Origin: the human T2T-CHM13v2.0 reference genome, Homo sapiens
Strand: one strand, 5' to 3'
Length of the DNA: 64,000 nt
Assembly: GCF_009914755.1 (NCBI RefSeq)
Contig: NC_060929.1
The position numbers and the translations under genes are program-made. The notes beneath the pieces were generated by a model. That model had not been told where the DNA came from and did no database searches. It worked only from the letters and a program-made list of their open reading frames with translations. Within the stretch, counting starts at the first letter, position 1; every line of letters starts with the position of its first letter. Below are positions 24,386-37,914 of this stretch, piece after piece.

Positions 24386-25669
24386 ATTGTCCTTTGTGTA
24401 TAAGTGTTTGCTTTTACTCACAGAATCTAAGAAGCCGATTTTAAGGAATGTCTAGATTTTAGGAGACATTAAAATGTTAAAAGAATTTCTTAGATTTTAT
24501 GAAATACACTGTTTTTAAGTTATAAACTGCTAAGACTAGTCCGCATACAATATCTCTTCTCTGCCTTAAGACTTAGAACTCTAAGTCCATATGTCTTGTT
24601 TGTAAAAAAGTCTACTTTTATTTATTATGTCTGTTTTAAATATCTTAACAATATTCATCAAATTGTTCAGGTAGAACTTCTGCTTTCAAGAAACATAAAC
24701 ACAAAGAAATTGCTAATGGTATTGAGGGGCAGTAGCTGAGCCAGTTTTTATATATACCCAAATCCTCTGGATAAATACAAAGCATCCACTTATGTTTTTT
24801 TCTTCATAAATCACATAAGCCTAGCATCACATAAAATTTAAGATTCCTGGAAACAAAGCACAAAAGATAATAACTTCTCTTATTTTTATTTCCATTTTTA
24901 TTTCCATCCTCCATGTGCTACTCACCTGATAACCTTGTCTTAAGAAAAAAGGAGGGGGATTCTTTCAAATTATGCTTTTAATCTCACCGTAAGTATTTCC
25001 CATTGTATTCACTCATAAGCTTTTCTATCTCCTTAATAACTATTTAGTTTTGCTTCTAATTCTTTCACTCTGCCCAGTCCCAGAGACTATCTAACTAATC
25101 TTGAGATGTGCACTTAGTGCGGAGTACTGTAAGCCAATTTTCTTTTATTGAACTTTTACACCCTGGGGAATTCCCAAAGATTGTGAAGCTCTATGGAGCT
25201 TTTCTGAAACATAAGCCTGCCTACCCCTTCTGTCCCTCTCTTTGAAATGAAAAGCTCTACCTTTGTGGTCTGAATTTAGTTCTATTCACCATCTCACCAT
25301 CACACTAAGCTGCCTCTGAAGTTTGCCCCCCATGTAGTTCTAAGTTCTAAAGTCACGTGGTCACTGTCTTTTCTGAGCTGCTTTTCCTGCCTCCTCTTTG
25401 GTGTCTCTCCGCTTTGCCATCCTGTTTAGGCATCACCCAGGATACCATGTTCTCTCTGATGTTTTCTCAGTTGACTTCCAAGTCTGGGAGGGCCTTGTAA
25501 CATGTTTCTTCTTCTTCTCTGTTTTGTTGCCGATTGGTTGCCAGTTGGTTGCCACTTTGTTGTTGTTGGTAGAGAGATGTGCGACTGTTTGAAATAGAAT
25601 GCTTTGCTGTGTTGCAGCGTGTCAGAAAAACCCAGGAAAATTACGTCTGAAAAGTTTTCAGTGTTTGTT

Positions 25670-25830
25670 ATCCCATGTCATCCTCCTCATCTCTGTATGT
25701 AATCGTAATTACTCCCCATTTTTACCAGTGCAGAGAAGTAATTTACTCATCGTCACATGTTATTTGACAGAGCTGGGGTTTAAACATCATTCCCTGAAAT
25801 TTCAATGCCTGATTTTCTTTTCTATGATGT
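25670..25830 (-). mobile_element. MIR fragment
   Basis: ccccattttta...agagaagtaattt...gtcaca...gacagagctggggtttaaac. Confidence 0.55.
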
Positions 25831-26017
25831 AGTATGATGTAATCTTGCTTCTTGAATATTCTCCTACTTCATTTGTCCCTCACTTAATACAGCAGTTGCT
25901 GATGAGGGCTTGGTTCTTGTGTCACAGTGTGTATTGTGGTATTTATAAGTATTTGGTTACGGAACTCAAAAAATAACTATACAGGAGTTAATGAGCGCAT
26001 ATAAGAATTATACTAAC

Positions 26018-26333
26018 TTTGTTTGTTTGTTTTAAGATATGGGGTCTTGCTCTGTTACCCAGGCTGGAGTTCAGTGGTGCAATCATAGCTCACTATAGCC
26101 TCAAACTCTCCTGGGTTTAAAAGATCCTCCCTCTTCAGCCTTCCAAGTAGCTAGGATTACAGACACACATCGCCATGCCCAGTTAATTTCTTTATTTTAA
26201 TTTTTGTAGAGACAGGATCTCACTATGTTTTCCAGGCAGGTTTCAAACTCCTGGCCTCAAGCAATCTTCCCAATCTCTCCCAATCTCCCAATCTCTCAAA
26301 ATGCTTGAATTATAGGCATGAGCCACCATGCCT
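26018..26333 (-). mobile_element. AluJo-like SINE
   Basis: atcatagctcactatagcctcaaac, ctcactatgtt; internal cccaatct micro-repeats. Confidence 0.92.
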
Positions 26334-27289
26334 ATGGAGCTGACCAACATGGTGAAAACCAAAATTATAACAACTATTATAACAACCTAATTCTGGAGGT
26401 TTTCTGAGAGCAGAATTTCCATTTTACTATTCAGTGGGAGTTCTTGCTTGGAGATGTTTTCCAAAGCCAGTCCTAACATATTGAGCTTCCATTTGAATGG
26501 CTGCCAGAGACCTACTGAAGAGAGGAAGCACATCTCACAGTGCCTGGAGCTCCAGGAGGTGCTCAGGCTCTGCCACCCAGGTGGGGCTGTCACCAGCTGA
26601 CACCCAGTGCAGAGATGATATGAACGCCCATGAGTCAATTCCCTCTTGTCTCAACAAAGCCATGGTGGGCAGCTCTCTGCTGTGCTCAGTGACTCCACAC
26701 ATACAGGCACCTCTCCCATGCCCATAGGTTTGCTGTAAGCTTTCAGTTAACATTTGTGCAGTCATAATATTCTGGGTTTTTTTTAAATAAGTTAAAAATC
26801 TCATTTTTAATCATCTCCCACCTGTACCTGTTTGGTTTACCCCAAAACTCCTTTAGGGAAGTTTTAGTTATTTTTTTAAAATATCTCACCCCTAGGTGCC
26901 TGGCCTACTGTTGCTCACACACTAGAAATTCCTTAATTGTTCGTGGTTAACCTACTGCCTAACTAGGTACTCTGTGACTTTTTATTGTTAACTAACTACA
27001 ATTAACTGACTAATTAGAACACAATTTGTGATACTAACTCCTCTCATGATTATAGTAAAAACAATATTATCTTAATTAGCTTTTACCAAAAAGACTCTGG
27101 CATTGTTTTCTAATAATAAGTTTTTCCCTACACTCCGGTTAAAAGAAATACAGAAGTTAAATATGTAAAACCACATTAAAATATGTTGGAGCTAGTAAAA
27201 ATAAAATAGCTTGTTTATTAGCCCTCTCTCTCTCCCCTTTCCCTCTTCTCCTTCCTCTCTCCCTTACCTCGTTATAAAAATGTTTTACT

Positions 27290-27611
<322 letters not shown>

Positions 27612-30600
27612 TCAAATATATTCAGGAAATATAATCTTTGGGAATCTGTTGCTTTGTTAAGAAAAATGAATGGAACTTCTCTTACTCCAACAGAAAAGTA
27701 GAAGAAAATATGCACAGACCTGATTCAAATGCTGGTGTTTTTTTGTTTGTTTGTTTGTTTTGAGGTGCGTTATTTCTTTTTTGTTGTTGTTTAAGCAAAG
27801 TGTTAATTAGAAGACACTCCAGGACTCACAGTCCTCCAGTGTTACTGGGTCCAGGAGCACTGGAGCCAGCAGTGGCTTTCTTGGTGCTGACACATCATGC
27901 TACTTTACATGGGGTGGGGGTGGAGAGCTGAGGTTTCAAGTCAGATTTAGAGACTTATGCATTGCACTGTCTAAAAATAGAAACACTGTATAAGTGATAG
28001 GCTCATTAAGTTTGGAGGACAGATGCTAGCAAGCCCAAGGAAGGACATTGTGACTAACTAGAATGAAAAGAGTTTCAAGAAACAACAAAGTTGAAAAGCA
28101 TTTTCTGATTTTTTTAATGTGTCATAGAAGGAAAATATATGATGGGAACAATAATTTTTACATATTTTGCTAACATATCAAACACAATTTTACATATTTT
28201 TATCATAATTATTCAAGTATTTTATACATATGAAGATGTTGGAAAAGGGCACATAGTGGAAACAGATGGATGTCTTAATGCTCTTTGGGATACATGTCAC
28301 AGAAACCTACTGGCACTTGTTTACACAAAAGTAAGGAATTTGCTATTAAATACAAGGCTAGCTCATGGAATTGGAGGGGAAGAAAGACACTTCCACCTTA
28401 GTAGAAACAGAAGGAGACTTAGAAAGCGATCCAGTTCCATGACCTCGGACTCCTTTAAGTTGCATAGTCTTACATCTTTGTTTCATCTATTCTCTGTTCT
28501 TTGCACTGCACTTGAGTGGCAAAACTCTACCCCATGGTTTCAAGTAACCTACCTTTAGTTCACAGGCACAGCAAAACTTGATCTGCCTCTCTATGTCCAA
28601 TTCCAGCTCATGAAGAGGAAATGTGATTTTTCTCTCCTGGGGCAAGTATTCAGCCCTAGTCCAGTTGAGGATCTTCAGGGAGCAGGGCCATGGAGTAAAC
28701 AATAGGGTTGCTGGAGTCTACCTTATATATGGCGGTATAATTGTTACGGAGAAAGGAGGCTTTGTCTGGGAGTGCACTCCAAAGATATCTACTACAAAAG
28801 AGACTAATTGGTACATGAGACAATGGTGAGAAGGAAAACATGAGTGAGCTTTCATTTTTGAAATAGTCATAGAATTAAGACAGGCAGGGAAGTCTGCTGG
28901 ATACTATTGTTTAAAAAGTGAACATTTAAAATGGCTTCTGTTTAAAATTTGATTTAAAGGCCCTGTCAAACCCTTTGAGATGACTTATAAATATCTAATA
29001 ACGTTGTTCTTTCCCTCAACTGTATAAATGACAAGAAACCTGTGGTATGGACATTTCTAAGAAGTATAATTACCATTATCACTATGAGATGTGTTCTAAG
29101 GTTAATGATCGCTACTTGGGATTTACTATCCCTGACTATAGCATTGAACTATCATTTTTCTTCCCACTAATTTATAGAAAGTTGCTTAAAGTTTGAAACC
29201 AAAATGTCTAATTAAAAAAATGATTAGTCAGCTCAGATAAAATGTACACTACATAATGATAAAAATGGCTAACAATGTAAGTACTATTCTTATTTATAAG
29301 AAATATTTACATTTCTTTTTTTTTATAAAATGAAAACTGAAGAAAAATAAGGAAACACTCTCAGAGTGGTTTGGGAGGATAATTGAATTCTTCAAAATGT
29401 AAAATTTGAAGTTATCCCTTTAAAGTTCCTTGGTCGTCATTTTCCCAGTGAACTTATTCAATATTATTAATGATGACAGCTAGTTGAATTCTATCTCCTG
29501 AATGTTATTGACTCATGTTGTCTCATATTTTCTCACTTTAAAAGACTTGAATTGAGATATACATATATTATTGATTTCTACAGTGAATTTTTAAATACAC
29601 TATTTAGAAGTCCCAGAGAAATTTTTTCCCAATGAATTAGAATTCAACTTGCAAAAGAGAAAATGAGTGATTAAAAATAGCCCATACATTTCTTCTCATA
29701 GTTTATAGTAGACTCATTTTAATTTTCAAATGGTATAAATACTTCAGTCTACCCTTTTGTACAAATGAATGATAGGAACTATGACAAATTAGCAATTGTT
29801 GTGCCAATGACTTTGAAACCTATGAGTAGAAGATATTCAATAGTTATCAATTTCTGGTTATCACATTTTTGTTTTAAATCTAATTTTAGGCTGCCACAAT
29901 TGTTTATTTAAAAATTCTATACTTTAGAAGAGCACATTTTCAAGAGTTACAAGAATGTTTTTCTTTAAAATACTCTCGTAAGTGCTGGATTAAATATAAT
30001 ATTTCAAGTTGGTCAAATATTTCCCAAACTTTTAAATTGTCAGAGTTGTAAAAGGTAATGTTGTTTAGGCTTATCTAATGGTTATCTTAATTAAAGGAGA
30101 AGGAAAATCTTAAATTAATGTCATGATCAGGCCACATGGTTATAAGTTAAATAATTCATTTTTTTCTGCAAATATGAGGTCTCTGTGTCCACAAAATCTG
30201 TCTCAGATTGGCTCTTTTCTTGACAATAGAGAACTGAGCAATGATACTGATTAGCAGATAAAAGATAGTTCCTGAAGTTTTAAAATTGTATTTGAAAGTT
30301 TTTCAAAAATAGTTTATTTCTACTCTTCTTGAATGCATCATTAGCTACTCAGAACTTAACTAGTGTTTGCCCCACAGAATATTCTCTTGAAATAAATTTA
30401 AACTAGCATGAATGCTCTTCGTATATGATAAGGGCTCAAGAAATGAAAAAATTAATTGCTGTTACACTTCATATGATATTGTGACTGGATTGGTTCTATC
30501 ACAATTGTTTGGGAAAATTACTATAACCTTCCTTATTCTCAGTAAAAATAGTTGTTTTTCTAGATGTATTAACGCTGAGGCAAAAATTACCTTTAAAAAA

Positions 30601-31699
30601 CCTAGCACTGTCAATGATAGAAATAGATAAGTATATATTGATGTTTATGAAGAAATTATTTAGTAACTGGCATACGGTTTGGGGAATAAAAATAAAAGAC
30701 GAGTAATAGAAATTTATCTGAAGAACTAATCTCTTCTGCAATGCTTTATTTTGCAAAATGGCTTCCAAAATTATTATGTCAAAGAAGATTATCACATTTT
30801 GTGTAATTCATCAGAAATTGACCTATTAAACAACTCTAATTGTGCTTCTCAATTATATTAATGCAAAGCTAAGTTAGATATACTAGAATATATTGTGATT
30901 TTAAACATATCTAAGCAAAAAGCTAGGGGAAGAAAAATGTGCTGTGCATAATTATTCAACACACACAAAAAAGGCTGGATTCCATTGACTTAGTACCTTT
31001 GCCAGGTTTTCTGGGTACAAAGTCAAAAATTCTCAGCTTTATAATTTATAAATAAAAAATGTTTGATATAAGGTAGACAAAACATTCAGGTGTATGATCA
31101 CATTTTTCACTTTTCTTTCAGTAGCATTTTGTAGACAAAAATCTCTAAATTTGGAGAGTGGAACATTTTTATTAGAGCTGATATTTCTTATGCATTGTAT
31201 TACCAAACTTAATCATCCTGCCATTTACAAAGTTAGAAGTACTCTAATATTATCTATAGTGATCTAAAAGAAAAACATGCACCCTCAAATTTTGTACTAT
31301 GCCTACTTTTTGTCTTAGTATAATAGATTGTAATATTTTCAAATATTCCTTCTGTTGAATGGCTCATTCATATTCGAACTGCCTGCTTATGAAAGGGAAG
31401 TTAGGAACACAAGTACCTGCGTAGAAAATGGGCAACATATTGGATTTGGCACCAGCATATAATAGGCCCCTTTTCTGTATCAGTGGCAGAACTATTGACT
31501 CAACATAGAAGATCAGACAGAATACGTAAGTGTTTGTTTCTCTTGTCAAAGGGATATATATTAAATGTTACATTTTAAACTTTATGTCCAACTCTAATAC
31601 CCTCCACAGAAAAATTACTGGAGTAATTTCTATGCTGTCCACTCATTCTTTCATTCATTGGTCATGTATTACTTAAAATGTGGTTATATAGTACCTACC

Positions 31700-32290
31700 A
31701 CAGATAATAGCGTCAATTTGGTAGCTAGACTGTATTGAGTTTGGATCTCAGCTTCACTTCTTGCTGTGGGATCTCTCTTCCTTCATTTCCTCATCTGCAA
31801 AGCTGAGGATATAATAGTGCCTATCTGTATTAGTTTGTTCTCACACGGCTATAAAGATATTATCCGAGACTGGGTAATTTATAACAAAGAGAGGTTTAAT
31901 TGACTGACAGTTCTGCATGGCTGGGGAGGACTCAGGAAACTTAAAATCATGGTAGAAGGCAAAAGGGAAGCAAAGATCTTTTTCACATGGAGGCAAGAAA
32001 GAGAGCCTGCCAGAGTAGGGAAAATTGCCTTACATACATATCCGATCTTGTGAGAACTCACTCATTATCACGAGAACAGCATGGAGGAAACCGCCCTTGT
32101 AATCCAATCACTTCCCCCCAGGTCGCTCCCTAAACACCTGGGGATTACAATTCAAGATGAGATTTGGGTGGGGACACAAAGCTTAACCATATCACTATGT
32201 TATAGGGTTGTGGTGAGCATTCAATGTGTATAGCCCTTCAGACTGTGCCTGGTTAATAATAAGTGCTATGTAAGTGTGTTATTGTTATTT
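31700..32290 (+). mobile_element. MIR split by a THE1 LTR
   Basis: ttcctcatctgcaaagctgaggatataatagtgcctatc | ttatagggttgtggtgagcattcaatg. Confidence 0.75.
31826..32194 (-). mobile_element. THE1C/D-like ERVL-MaLR solo LTR
   Basis: tgtattagtttgttctcac...gagactgggtaatttata...gagatttgggtggggacaca...aaccatatca; TSD ctatc/ctatg. Confidence 0.93.
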
Positions 32291-32429
32291 TTGTTACTCT
32301 GACTACAGATCTTTAGGTGTTAATTGGGTCAATGTTTTAGGCAAAAAAAAAAAAAAAAAATCTCTTTATGAAAGATGTTATAATGGAAATAACTAGGGTA
32401 GTGAGCAGAATGCCAGCGTGATCACCATG

Positions 32430-32724
32430 GGTAGCATCTCAAAGCAAGGCCTTTTTATAGAAAAAAACAGAAAGATGACACTGATAGAATCATTGAGAAT
32501 AAAAGGACATTGTCATTTATGAGATAGGCCAAGACGAAACTTCTAGAAAGAGGGACTAGAAGTAACAGTCCTACATATGGGGAAACAACAAGTTTCAAGG
32601 ATGTAAGGAAGGGCAGACAGTGTAACTGAAAACAAGTGCATGGTGATGAGAGCTGGTTAGAGAAGGAGGAAAACCAGGTCAGTCCCGTTGTGCAAGCCTT
32701 TGTAAGGATTTGAATTTTATTCTA
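32430..32724 (-). mobile_element. L2 fragment (resumes after LTR16C at ~33163)
   Basis: tgtaaggatttgaattttattcta | aatggaagccatt. Confidence 0.55.
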
Positions 32725-33162
32725 CTCAGTGGTTGTGTTCCATGGAAAACAGATTCTGAGATTTGAGTTTTGCAGGCAGGAAGTTTGTTGCTGAGCTCTG
32801 TAAAGAACAACACTTAAGTCAGAGTAAGGAAAATACCACTGGTGGATAAAAGGAGCTGAACTGTGATGTGGTCACCACAAATGTCTTGCTCAGCTGTTCC
32901 CAAGGGGGGCTGTGGTGCTGGGATGGCTCTGTAAGTTATCTTGCATTTAGGCAACGGGGCTGGCCATTTATACCCCTACATCAACCAGTCATTGCATCCT
33001 AGCTGTCCCTGAGAAGGGGGCATAACCTTGGGGGTAGGGTATCTTCTGCCCTGTGTAATTCCTGGAGAGAGATACTAAGAGCTTTTTATTACCTACAGAC
33101 TGTAGGATGAGCTCTTCCCTCCTGAAGGGTGACCTGGGAAGAGTAGCACAGTGTCCACTACA
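32725..33162 (-). mobile_element. LTR16C-like ERVL solo LTR
   Basis: cagattctgagat...ctgggatggctct...tttatacccctacatcaaccagtcattg...gggcataaccttggg...cctgaaggg...cacagtgtccactaca. Confidence 0.8.
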
Positions 33163-33199
33163 AATGGAAGCCATTCCAGGATTTAACAGAGAAGTCAAC

Positions 33200-33900
33200 T
33201 CCTAATTTATTCCAGAAATAATCTTTGAACACCTACTTTGAGACAGATTTTATACTAGAGCCTGAAAATACAATGTGTAAGGAAGGTGTGAAGCCAACCG
33301 TCTGGTGAAGAATTTGGTCAGACAAATGGACAAGACAGCACTGTGCAATGAATGCTATAAGAAATGTAGCTTAAGGCCAGGCACAGTGGCTCCTGCCTGT
33401 AATCCCTATAATTTGGGCAGCCGAGGGGGGAGGATCACCTGAGGTCAGGAATTTGAGACCAGCCTGGCCAACATGGTGAAACCCTGTCTACTGAAAATAC
33501 AAAAAATTAGCCAGGTGTGGTGGCGTACGCCTGCAATCCCAGCTACTCAGGAAGCTGAGGCAGGAGAATCGCTTGAATCTGGGAGGCAGAGGTTGCAATC
33601 AGCCAAGACCATGCCATTGCAATCCAGCCAGAGTGACAAGAGTAAAACTCCATCTCAAAAAACAAAAAACAAAACAAAACAAAACAAAAAAGAAATGTAG
33701 TTTAAGATGCTATGGGAACAAGGAGAAGCATTTAACTCAGCATAGAGGGAAAAAAGGAGTTGGAGATGTTGGAAAACCTCTGGGAAAGCTTGTGGTATTT
33801 GAAACAGAACCTAAAGGATGACTGGGGATTATTCTCATAAACGGTAGGGGTATGTTCCGGGAAAAACGCTAGCACTCACAGAATACCAGCCGTGAGACAA
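33200..33900 (-). mobile_element. L2 3' fragment interrupted by an Alu
   Basis: ttgaacacctact...tactagagcctgaaaatacaatg...gatgctatgggaaca...tttgaaacagaacctaaaggatg. Confidence 0.65.
33375..33689 (+). mobile_element. AluSx/Sz-like SINE
   Basis: Full dimer, (AAAAC)n tail, 16-bp TSD aagaaatgtag(c/t)ttaa at 33359-33374 / 33690-33705. Confidence 0.96.
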
Positions 33901-33992
33901 ATATGAATGTAGTTCCTTATGGGTGGAGCAAGGAGTATGATCCCTTAACGATTCAGGAAACCCTACGTAACCTCTCAGGAAAGAGGAGGAAG

Positions 33993-34150
33993 ATCATAGA
34001 ATGTGACAGCTGCAAGTGACCTTAGACATCTTCGGGTTCAAGCTCTTCATTACATAGATGTAAAAAGGGAAGCAAATATGCTCAAGAAATTGTTCAAGGT
34101 TTAACACTAATGAACGGCATATGAGAGATGTGACTCCAGGCCTGACATGT
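33993..34150 (-). mobile_element. MIR3/MIRc-like fragment
   Basis: atcatagaatg...gaccttagacatc...cattacatagatg...tgactccagg. Confidence 0.55.
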
Positions 34151-34944
34151 AATCTGAGAATCTACAAGCTTTTACCCGAACTCACTTAGCATCATAAGAC
34201 ATGCGGATGCAGCTGCAACACTTACCATAATGGGATGCACACAGCAAGGGTTTAATAAATACTTGATTAGGGATATAGATCAGTTGATATAGCCCAAGGG
34301 CTTTTTATTAATGAGTAGGGTGGAGTCAGAGATGACATTAGATTTACAATCTCAATATAATAAGGATGACTAAGCCACATATTTCTTGGGTGTGAGAGAA
34401 TACTAATTATACAACTGTGTTCTCTATAGTATATTTTCTCTGGTTTAGAAGTCTGTAGGAATTGTTTTTTTCCCTGAAGTCATCTAGTAAGAGAATTACA
34501 ATTCGTTACAATAGTACAATTATTTACCTGTTGTTAACTTCTTCAATACAACATCTGGATGAATTATCACCAAGTATCTAAACTGTGTTTGAGAGCATTT
34601 GATTCTAAATGAGGGCTGTGTGTCATAATGAAAATTAACTTTTCGGAGATCCAAAAGGTAGAGTGGCCTCCTCCGGAGTAGATAAATAGGTGCAGCTAGA
34701 GGCTCCTAAGGCTTCCCCAAGTGACACAAGCCATAGTTACTAAGGTGCCAAGGACAACAAAAGAGGCTATCAAATATGGACACCAAACTGACAGTCTCGA
34801 GGGCAGATGTTCTGAATTGCAGGTGTGGGTTCCTATGGTGCTACTTCTCTCAGACTCAGCTTGAGTGAGTGGCTAAGGAGATTTATTTACTTAAGGCTGG
34901 ATAACAACCTCCTAAGCAGCCACGATGACAGTAGCAACAGCAGC

Positions 34945-35160
34945 CACTATTTATTGGAACCTATTCAACGTCAGGTACTCCAGTAGTTACGGTTCATTGT
35001 TTTTTGCCCTCACAACAGTTTTCTGAGATGGGTTTTATCCATCCTATGTTACAGATGAAGAAATAGAGGGGCAGTGTGCTTAAACAACCTTCTCAAGGCT
35101 ACACGGTGATTAAAAGGCATAAAACCCAGTCCATTTGACTCCAAAACTTATAATCCAAAG
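34945..35160 (-). mobile_element. MIR SINE
   Basis: cctcacaac...ttacagatgaagaaatagagg...aaacccagtcc...tgactccaaa. Confidence 0.75.
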
Positions 35161-37914
35161 CGTCACAAGTGTGTGTGGGTTTACGTGTATATGTGTACAC
35201 ACATCTCTATATGCACATTATATGACTTTACAAGTATGATTTTATAGTTACAATTTCTCTATATTTTACTCTTATGAAAAAGTATAAGCCACAAAACTTG
35301 ATCAGTGCTAACATGCAATACCAGCATTTTCAAATCTCTCTACTGATTCTAATAAAACTTAGGTTATGCATCCTCCGTTTTCAAGCAAACATGACAATAT
35401 TAGTTCATGGGACAGCAGAATATATATTTTACCAAGTCACTTATGTGCAGATATCCTCAAATACAAAGGCCTTGGGATTAAGTATATTTGCAAGTGATTG
35501 GTAAAATTTTACATCAAAGATTTTTTTTCTAAATGAAAGGGAGTTAAAACTTCTTTTAAAAAAATAAAAAGCTAGCTTCCTTTCAATATTTTCCAGTGAA
35601 AAAATTCTTAGTAAATAAGGGAGACTATACATGAATCAGCTGAGTCTCAGTTGGAATTTTCCTTTAACAATAACCTGTATTTAATAAGCTGATGCCTAGA
35701 GTGCATGCCATGCTGTTTCAAAGTGATAGCAAGACCATGAGGAAGATCAAAGAGAAATGGTCATGGGATCTGAACCGCGAGACTAAGAAAGAGAATTGTA
35801 TCTGCATGCACACAGCTACTTTTGTTGTGCCTATACAGGGAAAGGATTCACTTTATTTTCTATGACTGCTTAAAGATTTTAATCCAAACTTCCTTTCAGT
35901 AGCAGAGATCAAAAACTCCAGATATTGTTGGGTTATTGAAGAGAGAGACAATATATCTATTAGAAGAGAGGTGGCATCCTAGGGATTGTTCCCGGGAGGT
36001 TTTAGCACTAACCGGACTTAAAATGTGATCAGAGTAAACCTAAAGCAGCAATAGTAATGGTTAGGTGAGGAAGCCAGTGAGTCCAGTCATTCTAGTGCTG
36101 TTTAATAGTGATAATCACCTCCGCATCCTCTAACACTCCTAATGAATGGATACTTCAAAGATGTTCAGAAAAGACCCTTCCTCCTGTATAAAACTCTGTG
36201 TGCCGAACAGTGTGTAATTAATACCATTCTCACCACCATCCCATTAAGGTGAATTTAACCTTATGCATCTACAGAGTAGAAAAATTGCTCTCCCTTTTTA
36301 GTGGTGGTTTGTGCTGACTAGCCACTGTTCTCCCTTCTGTTGCTATGGCTGTGTTTATTGCTGGGATGAAGTTGGAAAGGTCACCTGCCCTTAGGCCTGC
36401 TAATTAGCATCTGCTGTACTGCTACTGTTTAAAAGTTCATAATTAAGTTGGACCACATTTCATTTGGTTAACAAGTAAATACATTTCAGAGTTTGGACAA
36501 CGAAAACTTTGAGTTTTTAGTCACACATGCTCTGGTAAGCATTAACTTAGCCGATTATTTTCTAACACGGTCGTTTATTGAAAATATGTCACTGAGAAAT
36601 GGAAACCTTGGTTTGTAGGGAAGATACACCAGTGAGAATGAGAAATAAATGTGAAGCACAGGGCAGTGACTTGAGAGGCAGAAAAGGGCTCTGTGCTTCT
36701 AGCAAAAAAGGAAGGGGCAAACACGAAACATAGCAGGAGCTAATGGTAGGCATAATGTCCTATCTAACCTAAAATTCTGTTATTGTAAGGAAACAATTCA
36801 TCACACTTGCCTTCATCTTTCATTTCAGCTCTTAGTTCTCAGATATGGGGTTTCTGGAGAGAAGCTGTAGTTATACTATTCGCCAATTATTTATCACCAT
36901 TTCTATCAGCGGTTGCCTTTATGGTGTCATTCCAGGGAATACATGAAAATTCTCTTAATGATTTCCTTAAAAGCTCTTCTGTCTTCCCCCGATATCTTAA
37001 AATTTTTAACAAAATCCTTTAATTCACACTTAGAGATAATTTCTAACATGAGTCTACCATAGATGAGGAAACAAACTAATTGTGCTAAACACGATGCATT
37101 CATGCTAAAGTGTAAATGACTGATAACTCTTCCAATAAATGAAAAAATAAAACAGGGACAATAGCAGGCAGTGCCAGAAGGGATGGGAGAACATAGAGAA
37201 AGAACACGAAGGACTGGAAAGATAAATTTCACTTACTTCACAATTGTGCCTCAGGCAAACTCTCCTATAAGTAGTTCCTAATGCTCCTGAGTCATAATAA
37301 CGGTTATGAAATTTGGAGTGATTCTCTGACAGTGCAATTTGGCTTAAAAATCTGAAATATAGTCTTTACGTGAAGGGAGAGCCATTTGGATCTTATATTA
37401 ACACTCCTTCTCTCTCTCTTCTCAAAAGACAAATGCAATTTCGTATAATGAATAATCTCCTCTTACAAATGTATTTTTCCTTCTGAGTCTTCTGCCAATT
37501 TGTCGCTTCTTGTCTACTTCTAGTATAATTGGAAGTATTGGATATGAGAAGTGACTGTTGGCTTGTGCTTCCTTATTTAGGCAATATGCTTTATTATATA
37601 CTTCACTTTAATATAGTATATATTAATACTATAGTATATTGCCTAAATAAAGCCGTAACCATGAGTAACACCGAATTTCCCTCAGGGTTGTCTATCATGG
37701 GCACTGCTTTGAGATTTTTAAAAAAATTCTCCTGGAAACTGACAAACAATAAGAAAAGAGGTGAAAGCCTCTGAAAACCTAGTTATAAGTTAAATACTCT
37801 GCTGTGGTTGCTATTGGCCTTTTCTGGGGCTCTCAAGATGAATCCTTTTTAAGGCACACTGTCCCCACCATCAGTGATGGCTGTGCAACTGTACATGACT
37901 TTCAGGAAATGAGC

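Noticed and set aside
26387-26804. Overlapping ORFs in a GC-richer block
   Set aside because: No recognisable protein; more likely an old LTR or repeat relic I cannot assign.
28139-28841. 139-aa and neighbouring ORFs in unique DNA
   Set aside because: No recognisable domain, AT-biased low-information peptides and no convincing exon structure.
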